64,000 bases of DNA from positions 4,809 through 68,808 of the forward strand of contig CAJGCT010000003.1 of assembly GCA_904501985.1 (NCBI GenBank). Direction: 5' to 3'. The translations under genes and the position numbers were made by a program. Of this stretch, positions 1 through 8,585 are shown one piece after another. The stretch comes from an uncultured Clostridia bacterium. GTDB taxonomy: Bacteria; Bacillota; Clostridia; Oscillospirales; CAG-272. The notes below the pieces were generated by a model. It was not told the origin of the DNA, searched no databases, and worked only from the letters and a program-made list of their open reading frames with translations. Every line of letters begins with the position of its first letter. Position 1 is the first letter of the stretch.

Positions 1-805
1 CGATTTCGCACAGGGCGTATCTTGCAGGATGGGAAGCGCGCTCTTTTTCGGAGAGATTAGGCTTTATCTGCTCCCAGAATGCCTTTGCGGACGCCAACGA
101 ATGATTTCCGTCGCCCATAGCAAATAAAAGCGGCTTGTCACAGCTTTGTTCTGCCGATGCGGTATCATAAAGTGTGTCAAGAGCCGCGGAAATGCGGTCA
201 ATCTCAGATTTTGGGAGGAATTTTCCGAGAGCGTGACCGCCGTTTGCCATAAGCGTGAAGTTGTAGGCGGTATCGTATCCGGATGTATTGCCGATAAGCG
301 GCTCGATTACAGTACGCTTCGGGTCATCAATAAGTATCATGATATGAGGAAGCTCAACAGGTGCACCCTCGCGTATTTTTACACGTGGCGGAATACGGTC
401 AAGCACGGTGCCCTCTGTGGCGCGGACAAGAGATTTTGCACCCTTGGTGTAATCGTAGCACTCAAGGTCAATGGCACCTATAAGACCGCGGCGGATATTT
501 CCGTTATTCTGCGTGCGCTCAAGGTATATCATTGTGTTTTTGTGCTCACAAAATACATCTTTTTCGTATTTTCTCATGGTTTCATTGATGAGGGGAATGC
601 GTTTTTCGGCATCTTTAAGAAAAATTTCGGGGAGAGTTATGCGGAGCGTTGACGGTGCGTCACCAACGATGCTCTCCACGTTGTCCCAATATTCCGGCTC
701 TGACGTGTACTGATCGCAGGCTATGCACGAATAACGTCCCATGGCTTCCGCATCGTCTGCGAAGCTTGGGAGAAGTATATTTGCAGGGTAAAAGCAATGT
801 TTCAT
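1..805 (-). CDS. DUF1015-family protein, partial (C-terminus lies beyond the window start)
   Basis: Absent from the ORF track because it runs off the edge. Hand translation of the minus strand from the ATG (803-805) gives MKHCFYPANILLPSFADDAEAMGRYSCIACDQYTSEPEYWDNVESIVG..., an N-terminus I associate with DUF1015 proteins. AAGGAG RBS at 812-817. The + ORF 146-652 is its antisense shadow. Confidence 0.7.
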   Translation of the reverse strand, partial: MKHCFYPANILLPSFADDAEAMGRYSCIACDQYTSEPEYWDNVESIVGDAPSTLRITLPEIFLKDAEKRIPLINETMRKYEKDVFCEHKNTMIYLERTQNNGNIRRGLIGAIDLECYDYTKGAKSLVRATEGTVLDRIPPRVKIREGAPVELPHIMILIDDPKRTVIEPLIGNTSGYDTAYNFTLMANGGHALGKFLPKSEIDRISAALDTLYDTASAEQSCDKPLLFAMGDGNHSLASAKAFWEQIKPNLSEKERASHPARYALCEI

Positions 806-988
806 AGTGTACTCCTTAAGAGGAAATATTTTATAATAATATAATATCATATTTTTGCATATGAATCAAGATTTTTGAAAAAATATATTTCTTTCGAGAT
901 AATTTCTTCGCGTCATCATACAACCGTCACATTTGGGGTATATACTGTATATACACGATGGATAGTAGCCAAAAAGGAGGATAATACA

Positions 989-2437
989 ATGGATAATGAA
1001 CGCAATTTTAATGAACAAAATACAAATAATACAGAAGATGTGCAGGAGAATGTCACTCTTACAGAGCAGAATCCTGACACTGTGAACGCAAGCGAGACTG
1101 AATCGGAGAGCATCGGGCAGACGGAAAATATTTCCGAAGTTCCCGAAACCACAGACAATCCTGTATATACTGCGGAGTCAACATATAATGCGCCGCGTGA
1201 GACTTTTTATGCAGGAGAAGCACCGAAAGAGGAAAAGAAGCCTGCGACACGCTTCGGATTTCGCTCTGCGGCAATACTTGTTGCTGTCTGTGTGATTCTT
1301 TCCGGAGGCGCGGCGTTTGCCGGCACTTATGCAGCACAGCGGCTTGGAGGTGCGCCGGATGGGGCGATGGGCGACGGCGGGAAAATATCTTCCGGCGTTC
1401 CGTCCGTGCTTCTTCAGGCATACACCAATCCCAATGAAGCTTCCGGCACATATGAGCAGGTGGCAGAGGTGGTGTCTCCTACGGTTGTTGAGATTACCAC
1501 TGAATCAATAGTTACTGACTCGGTGTTCTGGGGCGGCAACTATGTTACCTCAGGCGCAGGAAGCGGCGTTATAATCAGTGCCGACGGTCTTATTGTTACA
1601 AACAACCACGTTGTAAGCGGTGCTAATGCTATCACTGTTACGCTGACGGATGGCGAGGAATATACAGCTGAGGTTATCGGTACGGATTCCGATTCCGATA
1701 TCGCGGTTATAAAGGTTAACGCAGAAAATCTTCCCTTTGCGCTTCTTGGCGACAGCGATAAGCTTGTTGTAGGTCAGGAAGTCATGGCAGTGGGCAATCC
1801 TCTCGGTGAGCTTGGCGGAACGGTTACAAACGGAATTGTCAGCGCACTTTCCCGTGACGTTAACATCGACGGTACGGAAATGACGCTTATCCAGACCAAT
1901 GCGGCGGTGAATCCCGGTAACTCCGGCGGCGGTCTTTTCAATATGTACGGTGAGCTTATAGGCATCGTAAATGCAAAATCCACCAGCACATCGTCGGGAA
2001 CATCCGTTGAGGGCATCGGCTTTGCGATCCCTGTAAATACGGCGGCAAAAGTTACCGAGGAGCTTATAAACTATGGATATGTGCGCGGCAAGGTCATGCT
2101 TGGAATAACATATGTTGACGTTGACAGCTCCTACAAGGCTATGTACTACCGCGTGAGCGCACTCGGTGTATACATCGCCACCTCGGAATATACCGACGAG
2201 CTTAAAGCAGGGGACCGTATTGTTGCTATTGATGGCGAAGAGGTAACATACGGCGCGGATGTAAAGGCGGCACTTCGCGGACACGAGGTAGGCGACGAAA
2301 TAACCGTTACGGTAGTGCGTGACGGCAAATATGTGGACGTTAAGGTGACGCTGCGCGAATATGTGCCTACCGAGGCACAGGCGACCGAGGAGGATTCCTC
2401 AAGATTCGAGGATAACTTCGGCGGTGGCGGATATTGA
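989..2437 (+). CDS. HtrA/DegP-like trypsin-family serine protease with C-terminal PDZ domain and one N-terminal TM helix
   Basis: Contains TNNHVV (His), DIAVIKV (Asp) and GNSGGGLF (Ser) triad motifs, with a PDZ-like tail (GDRIVAIDGEEV). Start moved to ATG 989, which follows AAAAAGGAGG (971-980); the track ORF begins at 875. Confidence 0.85.
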   Translation: MDNERNFNEQNTNNTEDVQENVTLTEQNPDTVNASETESESIGQTENISEVPETTDNPVYTAESTYNAPRETFYAGEAPKEEKKPATRFGFRSAAILVAVCVILSGGAAFAGTYAAQRLGGAPDGAMGDGGKISSGVPSVLLQAYTNPNEASGTYEQVAEVVSPTVVEITTESIVTDSVFWGGNYVTSGAGSGVIISADGLIVTNNHVVSGANAITVTLTDGEEYTAEVIGTDSDSDIAVIKVNAENLPFALLGDSDKLVVGQEVMAVGNPLGELGGTVTNGIVSALSRDVNIDGTEMTLIQTNAAVNPGNSGGGLFNMYGELIGIVNAKSTSTSSGTSVEGIGFAIPVNTAAKVTEELINYGYVRGKVMLGITYVDVDSSYKAMYYRVSALGVYIATSEYTDELKAGDRIVAIDGEEVTYGADVKAALRGHEVGDEITVTVVRDGKYVDVKVTLREYVPTEAQATEEDSSRFEDNFGGGGY

Positions 2438-2620
2438 TAGAATAGGGAATACCAAAAGGAGAACGGACAGGTGCCGTTCTCCTTTTTGTATTTCAAAGCA
2501 TTTCAGAAAATAATAGAAGCGGCAAAATACCGTTATAATTATATTGTAACTGACATAATGTGCTAATATTTCCGTCATATTCTTGTCCCGTGTCACATAT
2601 ACATCCCACGAGGTGATTAT

Positions 2621-3763
2621 ATGAAAATCAAACGGTTTCTTTCCTTAATAATAATGGCGATAATATCTCTCGAAATCGCCGTGCCGCTTTCGGCGGCAGA
2701 TTACAACGCGCGCTCCTACATATTGATGGAAGCTTCCACCGGCACGGTGCTGCTTGAAGAGAATGCCGATGAAGCACTTCCGCCTGCTTCGGTTACAAAG
2801 ATAATGACGCTCCTTATTATAATGGAAGCAATTGATGACGGACGGCTATCCTGGGATGAGGCGGTGCAGACCTCGGAATATGCCGCGTCCATGGGCGGCT
2901 CGCAGGTGTTTCTTGAGCCAGGCGAGGAAATGCCTGTTTCGGAAATGGTAAAATGCGTGGTTATAGCAAGCGCAAACGACGCGGCGGTGGCTCTTGCGGA
3001 AAAGGTTGCAGGCAGTGAGGAAGCATTTGTCGGGATGATGAATGAACGCGCGGCGGAGCTTGGCATGACAAGCTCTGTGTTCAAAAATACCAACGGTCTT
3101 GACGATGACGTGGAGGGGCACGTAACAAGTGCCAGGGATATTGCCATTATGTCGCGCGAGCTTATCACAAAGCACCCCAAAATTCTCGAATATTCCTCCA
3201 TATGGATGGACAGTATTCGCAGCGGAGCTTTCGGTCTTACCAATACCAATCGCTTGGTGCGGTTTTACCGAGGCGCAAACGGACTTAAGACAGGCTCTAC
3301 CTCAAAAGCGAAATTCTGCATCTCCGCAACAGCGGAGCGCGACGGCATGCAGCTTATCGCTGTGGTCATGGCATCCCCCACAAGGGACGAGCGCAACGAA
3401 ACCGCAAAAAAACTGCTGGACTTCGGCTTCGCAGGCTGGGAAGTGGCAAATCTCACGCCCGAAGTAACGGCTTCACCGCTGAAGGTGGTCGGCGGAGTGT
3501 CAGACAGCGTACCTCTTGCCTGCAACGGGAGCAGTATACTGTTAAAGAAGGGTCAGGCGGCGAAGCTTACACAGGAAATATATCTTCCGGAATATGTAAG
3601 CGCGCCAATAAGTGCAGGTGACGAGGTGGGACGGATAGATTACTGTGCTGACGGCGAGGTTATAGCCACAGCACCCATAATTGCGGCAGAGGATGTGCCG
3701 AAGATAGGCTACGGCGGCATATTTATGCGTATTCTTCGAAAAATGCTGGTTGTGGAGGCGTAA
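2621..3763 (+). CDS. D-alanyl-D-alanine carboxypeptidase (PBP5/DacB-type, S11 family)
   Basis: Signal peptide, SVTKIM (SxxK), SAND (SxN-like) and KTGST (KTG) motifs, plus a C-terminal PBP5_C-like beta domain. Confidence 0.85.
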   Translation: MKIKRFLSLIIMAIISLEIAVPLSAADYNARSYILMEASTGTVLLEENADEALPPASVTKIMTLLIIMEAIDDGRLSWDEAVQTSEYAASMGGSQVFLEPGEEMPVSEMVKCVVIASANDAAVALAEKVAGSEEAFVGMMNERAAELGMTSSVFKNTNGLDDDVEGHVTSARDIAIMSRELITKHPKILEYSSIWMDSIRSGAFGLTNTNRLVRFYRGANGLKTGSTSKAKFCISATAERDGMQLIAVVMASPTRDERNETAKKLLDFGFAGWEVANLTPEVTASPLKVVGGVSDSVPLACNGSSILLKKGQAAKLTQEIYLPEYVSAPISAGDEVGRIDYCADGEVIATAPIIAAEDVPKIGYGGIFMRILRKMLVVEA

Positions 3764-3786
3764 GCGAGAGGTTGTTGCCGTATTCC

Positions 3787-3811
3787 GTAGGGCGTGGCCT
3801 TGTGTCCCGCC
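3787..3811 (+). repeat. REP-like element: GTAG followed by an imperfect GC-rich hairpin
   Basis: Sequence GTAGGGCGTGGCCTTGTGTCCCGCC: GTAG, then GGCG..CGCC and GG..CC pairing. The general architecture matches the elements at 7916-7939 and 8260-8283, but the stem is weaker. Confidence 0.35.
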
Positions 3812-4037
3812 GTCCTAACCGAAAAAATATGTTGAACGATGGGAGCAAGCACACACCCTACAGGAAAATCTTTGCGGATGCAGTGCAGAAAACGTGTTGT
3901 CAAGACATTTTTTGAAAAAATACAAGAAAACCCGAAAAAACGCTTGTCATCTGACAAAAACAGCTTTTTACAGCACGATATCTGAAATATTAAACCCCAT
4001 TTAAAATTACAAATACCTTACAAGATATTAAAACCAC

Positions 4038-4066
4038 TTGCAAAAAAAAGGGACTTGTAGTATCAT
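4038..4066 (+). promoter_or_regulatory. Putative sigma-A promoter of the S-layer gene (TTGCAA-17-TATCAT), implying a 5' UTR of roughly 130 nt
   Basis: TTGCAA at 4038-4043, a 17-nt spacer, then TATCAT at 4061-4066. AAAGGAG RBS at 4187-4193 before ATG 4203. Confidence 0.45.
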
Positions 4067-4202
4067 ATGTACAGGGAAAATCTTCATTAACAGCGAACTT
4101 ATCTCAAAACCGGGCGCTCATGTGAGACCGAGCGCCGCAGGCTTTGCGAGGGATGCTCGGAAGATCTAACCGACAATATTTTATTAAAGGAGAACATTCA
4201 CA

Positions 4203-7200
4203 ATGAGAAATCTCAAGAAGTTTCTTGCATTAGTGCTCGCTATGATTATGGTAGTAAGCGCTACTGCTATGGTTTCCGCTGATTTCACTGACGTTGCAGC
4301 TGACAGCAAGTATGCTGACGCTATCAACGACCTCGCAGTGAAGGGTATCGTTAAGGGTACCTCGGATACCACTTTTGGTCCTGAACAGGACGTTACCAGA
4401 TGGCAGATGGCTCTGTTTGTAGCAAGAGCTATCACCGGTGAAGTTGAGTCCGACGACGTTTGGGCTAACGGCATCGTTCCTTTTACCGATGTTACCTCTT
4501 ATAAGGGCGCTATCCAGTGCGCATACCTCAACGGTATTATCAACGGTACTTCCGCAACCACTTTCGCTCCCAACGACGGTATCACCTACGTTGCAGCTCT
4601 CAAGATGGCAGTTTGCGCACTTGGCTACGGCGAGGATCTTACCTGGCCTTGGGGCTACTACAACAAGGCAGCTGAACTCGGTCTCACCGCTAACATGGAT
4701 CTCGATGATCTTAACGTTGAGCTCAACAGAGCTGAGACCGCTCAGATCATCTACAACATGATCTATGCTGCTCCCGCTGACGGCGGCAAGACTTTTGCAG
4801 CTGAGAACTTCTCTATCGCTGCTCCCGAGAACACCACTCTCTTCGCTATCACCGCTACTCCTAAGCAGTACGGTTATACCGAGCTTGACGAGGCTGGTGA
4901 GGTTGTTGCAGCTTACAACTCCGCTTCCGATGTTGACGGCGAGTTTGTAGGTCTCCAGCAGCTCATCAACGGCGTTCCTGCGGGCAAGATGCTCTACGTT
5001 GCAGTAGAGACCATCGGTCTTACTGCTGAAAACGTTGAGGATTACTTCAACTATGCAGTTGAGCTCGTAAACTTTGACGAGGCTACTGGTGCATTCACCG
5101 GCTATGTAATGGGCGATGCTCCTAAGACCATCACTCATGCAGACGTTAAGTACGCTTCCAACAACGACAAGCTCGTTATTGACGGCGCTACTTACACCGG
5201 CGTTGACAGCTTCACCGGCGCTTCCCTCATCAATGAACTCGTTATCTACAACGGTACCGGCGTAGCTGAGGGTGCTAAGATGCTCCTCACCAACAAGGAT
5301 GGCGACATCATTGACTATGATGGCACAGTTATCGCTAAATTTGCATATGAGTCTTCCACCGGTGCTAAGTACTACTACGATGGCACCAGCAGCAAGGTTA
5401 TCACCGCTGCTAAGGCTCTCGATACGTACGGTATTTATGTAGAGGACGCTGAAAGCTCCGACTACATCAAGTACGAGACCATCACTTCCGCTAACAACGA
5501 GATCGAAGATAATCTTTACCTCAACGCATTTGAGCTTAAGATGTTCGACGACGACCGCGACGGCAAGTATGAGCGTGCTTACTATGCTCCTATCTACATG
5601 AGCGTATACTACACCTTCAAGGCTGAGATCGACAACAAGGAAGTTGACGCTGACGGTCTTGTATACAACGTATACGATGAGACTGTAGCAGCAGGCAATG
5701 TTACTTACACCAACGATGCTGCTAAGAAGGAAGGCGCTGTTTCTGTATTCACTTACAATAAGCAGCTCAACAAGATCAACGTAATCGACGTTCTCGAAAT
5801 GAAGACCGGTTATGTTGAGGAGATTGACTCCACTAAGTACGATGTTTATCGCGAAACCGGCGCAGTAAAGGTTACTGTTGACGGCGTAGCTTACGAACTC
5901 GGTTACTATGGAGAAGAGGCAAGCGGCAAGACCACTCAGGGCTCCGCTATGGGTGCAACCCTCATTCCTTACGATGAGATCAGCACCAACAAGTACGGTG
6001 TTGATGAAGTAGCTACCAGACCCTTCATCCAGTACATCGTTGACAGAGATACTTGGATCGACGATATCCAGCTCGACACCTACATCGGCTTCTACGCTTA
6101 CAACGGCGTTATCATCTACGCTTCCGAGCTTAAGATCGAAGACCTCTACGATTTCGTAGTTGTTGAAGATTTCGCAGATTACGACCTCGCAAAGATCTAC
6201 CTTGATCTTTGGGTAGGCGGCAAGCTTGAGGAAGAGGCTCTCGTTACCGAGCTTGACGGCAAGGAGCTTGAGGATCTTTCCACTTACAAGTTCTCCATGC
6301 TTCTCTCTGAGAAGGAATACTTCTACACCGGTAACATCTATGCAGCTCAGAAGGGCGAAGCTGGCTACGTTCTCGACGAGATCGTAACTCGCGACAACTT
6401 TGCTGGTGACCGCGAGGATGGTGGCTACGAGCTTATCGACGCTAAGATCGCTGCTGAAACTCTCACCCCTGACACGATCGTATTTGACGACGGTTCCACC
6501 AGAGGCGATGACAGAGCAAACAGAATCCGCACCTCCAATACCACTGTATTCTACTTCATCGAGAATGCAGAGTGCGACTGCGATACTCTTTGCACTAGAG
6601 GTTCTGAGGCAGGAGAGTGCGATTCTACCAACGCTGCAATGAAGAAAGTTTCCGTATTCGTTGGTCAGCCTGAAGAAGCAACCATCGTATTTGACGCGAA
6701 CACTGACATCTGGGTTGACGCTCTCGGTCACGGTACCGCTGAGACCAACGGCAGAGCTTCCGTAGTATTCGTAATCAACCCTGTTGAGCATTCCGGCTTC
6801 TTCGGTCTTACCGATGGTACTTATGTAATGACCAAGCTTACTACTAAGGCTACCAAGCTCGCTTCTGCTGAGAAGCTCGGTCTTCCTGAGGATTACAGCG
6901 GCAACTACTATATGTACAGCAATGCAGCTGTCAGCCTTGATGACGCTACTAAGATGACCATCTACTCTAAGGTAGAGCTTGATCGCAATCGCGTTTACAA
7001 GGTTGACGCAAATGGCGTTGTATATCTTAAGGACACCGATAACTTTGGCGCAGGTAATGTGCTTAACGATAGACCATTTGAACATCATCAGAAGTGGAAC
7101 ACCGCACCTGTTGTAAGCTTCATGGCATCTAACCGCAACTACGTTAAGTACGGTATCACCGATGTGAACAGTGATGTAACTACCACCACTGATACTAAGT

Positions 7201-7820
7201 GGGGAGTGAAGGACGGCCTCGTAAGATACCATGACTTCGTATGGTACACCAAGGCTGACAAAGAGGAGATCAAGCTGGAACAGGTTGACTTTGCTGCGCT
7301 CCTCGCTCAGGTTGCTAACGATGCTATCGCAGGCACCATCACTACTGATGCTGAGTACGCTACAGCTCTTGGCTACAAGGAAGCTAAGGATGCTAAGGCT
7401 GTTAAGGCATTCCTTGCAGACCTCGTTGCAGATGGCATTGCAAACGGCACAACAGTTACTGCAGCCGACATCGAGTTTGAGGATATTCCTGATTCCATCC
7501 TCGAGGTTGAGCTTGTAACTCCTCTCCTCAACGCTGAATATGTTGACGACTATGTAGAGATTGAGATTCTCTCCGGCGATAATGCAGGTACTTACCTCAT
7601 TGACGAAGACAATGAAATCACCGATATCATCGTTGTTAAGCAGGACGACCTTAAGGTAACCACCGGTGAGGATGCTATCGAGATCCTCAACGCTGCTCCT
7701 CAGGTAATGTGGATCGGCGATAAGTATGATGTTGGTACTGATTTCGAGGAACTCTTCGACGAGTATCTCGATGACGGCTCCATCCTCTTCGTTGTTGGTT
7801 ACACCAACGCTGACAACTAA
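4203..7820 (+). CDS. Large S-layer / cell-surface protein with N-terminal signal peptide and three SLH repeats (1205 aa)
   Basis: Signal peptide MRNLKKFLALVLAMIMVVSATAMVSA, followed by SLH-type repeats (FTDVAADSKYADAINDLAVKGIVKGTSDTTFGPEQDVTRWQMALFVARA; FTDVTSYKGAIQCAYLNGIINGTSATTFAPND...). Codon usage is strongly biased, and a strong terminator follows. Confidence 0.85.
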   Translation: MRNLKKFLALVLAMIMVVSATAMVSADFTDVAADSKYADAINDLAVKGIVKGTSDTTFGPEQDVTRWQMALFVARAITGEVESDDVWANGIVPFTDVTSYKGAIQCAYLNGIINGTSATTFAPNDGITYVAALKMAVCALGYGEDLTWPWGYYNKAAELGLTANMDLDDLNVELNRAETAQIIYNMIYAAPADGGKTFAAENFSIAAPENTTLFAITATPKQYGYTELDEAGEVVAAYNSASDVDGEFVGLQQLINGVPAGKMLYVAVETIGLTAENVEDYFNYAVELVNFDEATGAFTGYVMGDAPKTITHADVKYASNNDKLVIDGATYTGVDSFTGASLINELVIYNGTGVAEGAKMLLTNKDGDIIDYDGTVIAKFAYESSTGAKYYYDGTSSKVITAAKALDTYGIYVEDAESSDYIKYETITSANNEIEDNLYLNAFELKMFDDDRDGKYERAYYAPIYMSVYYTFKAEIDNKEVDADGLVYNVYDETVAAGNVTYTNDAAKKEGAVSVFTYNKQLNKINVIDVLEMKTGYVEEIDSTKYDVYRETGAVKVTVDGVAYELGYYGEEASGKTTQGSAMGATLIPYDEISTNKYGVDEVATRPFIQYIVDRDTWIDDIQLDTYIGFYAYNGVIIYASELKIEDLYDFVVVEDFADYDLAKIYLDLWVGGKLEEEALVTELDGKELEDLSTYKFSMLLSEKEYFYTGNIYAAQKGEAGYVLDEIVTRDNFAGDREDGGYELIDAKIAAETLTPDTIVFDDGSTRGDDRANRIRTSNTTVFYFIENAECDCDTLCTRGSEAGECDSTNAAMKKVSVFVGQPEEATIVFDANTDIWVDALGHGTAETNGRASVVFVINPVEHSGFFGLTDGTYVMTKLTTKATKLASAEKLGLPEDYSGNYYMYSNAAVSLDDATKMTIYSKVELDRNRVYKVDANGVVYLKDTDNFGAGNVLNDRPFEHHQKWNTAPVVSFMASNRNYVKYGITDVNSDVTTTTDTKWGVKDGLVRYHDFVWYTKADKEEIKLEQVDFAALLAQVANDAIAGTITTDAEYATALGYKEAKDAKAVKAFLADLVADGIANGTTVTAADIEFEDIPDSILEVELVTPLLNAEYVDDYVEIEILSGDNAGTYLIDEDNEITDIIVVKQDDLKVTTGEDAIEILNAAPQVMWIGDKYDVGTDFEELFDEYLDDGSILFVVGYTNADN

Positions 7821-7856
7821 TTCGATCGGTTAGATTGATTTATAAGTCATAATATG

Positions 7857-7885
7857 AAAACCGCTCCCTTCGGGGAGCGGTTTTT
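7857..7885 (+). terminator. Rho-independent terminator of the S-layer gene
   Basis: CCGCTCCC-TTCG-GGGAGCGG stem-loop (7861-7880) followed by TTTTT. Confidence 0.85.
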
Positions 7886-7915
7886 GTGCGTTGTGGGGGT
7901 GGGATGGAAAATGGC

Positions 7916-7939
7916 GGGCGATTCGTGAATCGCCCCTAC
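7916..7939 (-). repeat. REP-like element: GTAG + 9-bp hairpin (minus-strand reading GTAGGGGCGATTCACGAATCGCCC)
   Basis: GGGCGATTC / GAATCGCCC perfect 9-bp stem with a 3-nt loop, immediately preceded by GTAG on the minus strand. It lies about 100 nt from the RAYT-like gene. Confidence 0.5.
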
Positions 7940-7996
7940 GGGAAGTTGCAATTTTGATAAATTGTGGCTCTGTGTCAATAGTTGAGGTAAAGAAAA

Positions 7997-8044
7997 CTAA
8001 AAAACCGCCTGCAACCGAAAAAAACGGTGTGCAGGCGGTTTTTT
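7997..8044. terminator. Bidirectional hairpin terminator downstream of the RAYT-like gene
   Basis: AACCGCCTGCA (8003-8013) pairs with TGCAGGCGGTT (8030-8040). There are A/T runs on both sides, and the hairpin abuts the stop codon at 8043-8045. Confidence 0.7.
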
Positions 8045-8576
8045 ATACAGAGATATGATTTGTGGGGGAATATAATTTGTCGTGCTGCCAGCGCATAGGG
8101 TTTTCTTTGATATATGCTGCAATCTCGTTATAATCGTCTTGGTTTCGTATGACGTGGTCGTAGAATGAGCGTTGAAAAATCTTTTCACCAATTGTTTTGT
8201 TGGTTTGATTTATCTCTTTTGTTATTTGATATTTAAGCCATCCGATTATCGCATCTACCGTAGGGGAGGGGTCTCCCCTCCCGTCCTTCCTAATAACGGA
8301 TAACAGCATATGTACATGATTTGGCATAATAACGTGATAATCAACGGTTACTTTTTCAAATTTTTCAGGTATACTTTCAATCCACTTATTGGTGATTTCT
8401 CCGTAACGGGATAATTGCGGGAGGGGAGACCCCTCCCCTACGATCGATGATAGAATACTTTTCCTATCCCTTGTACATATGGTTATAAAATACGCGCCGG
8501 TGGTGGCGTAATCAAAATTTTTTAGCCTGATTGATTTCCTTTGCGGCAAATTATGTCCCGTATTCATTATTATCAA
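8043..8576 (-). CDS. IS200-like / REP-associated tyrosine transposase (RAYT-type Y1 HUH enzyme), stand-alone
   Basis: The 177-aa product has the HUH motif in IMPNHVHMLL and a C-terminal Tyr region (RSFYDHVIRNQDDYNEIAAYIKENP). The N-terminus FDYATTGAYFITICT is typical of this family. No IS ends or TnpB are present. Confidence 0.75.
   Translation of the reverse strand: MIIMNTGHNLPQRKSIRLKNFDYATTGAYFITICTRDRKSILSSIVGEGSPLPQLSRYGEITNKWIESIPEKFEKVTVDYHVIMPNHVHMLLSVIRKDGRGDPSPTVDAIIGWLKYQITKEINQTNKTIGEKIFQRSFYDHVIRNQDDYNEIAAYIKENPMRWQHDKLYSPTNHISV
8260..8283 (+). repeat. Intragenic GTAG + hairpin motif, copy 1 (GTAGGGGAGGGGTCTCCCCTCCCG)
   Basis: GGGAGGGG-TCT-CCCCTCCC 8-bp stem preceded by GTAG. 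It lies inside the RAYT CDS, where it encodes GRGDPSPTV on the minus strand. Confidence 0.8.
8418..8441 (-). repeat. Intragenic GTAG + hairpin motif, copy 2 (exact reverse complement of 8260-8283)
   Basis: CGGGAGGGGAGACCCCTCCCCTAC is the reverse complement of copy 1 at 24 of 24 positions. It also lies inside the RAYT CDS, where it encodes GEGSPLPQ. Confidence 0.8.
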
Positions 8577-8585
8577 TACATCAGC

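Noticed and set aside
146-713. The + strand ORFs 146-652 and 471-713.
   Set aside because: They are antisense to the DUF1015 gene, whose minus-strand frame gives a recognisable conserved N-terminus and RBS.
4230-7232. A 1000-aa ORF on the minus strand, antisense to the SLH gene.
   Set aside because: Its product is a low-complexity, Val/Ser/Leu-rich translation with no start context. It exists only because the sense gene avoids TTA, CTA and TCA codons. The sense frame has a signal peptide, SLH motifs, an RBS and a terminator.
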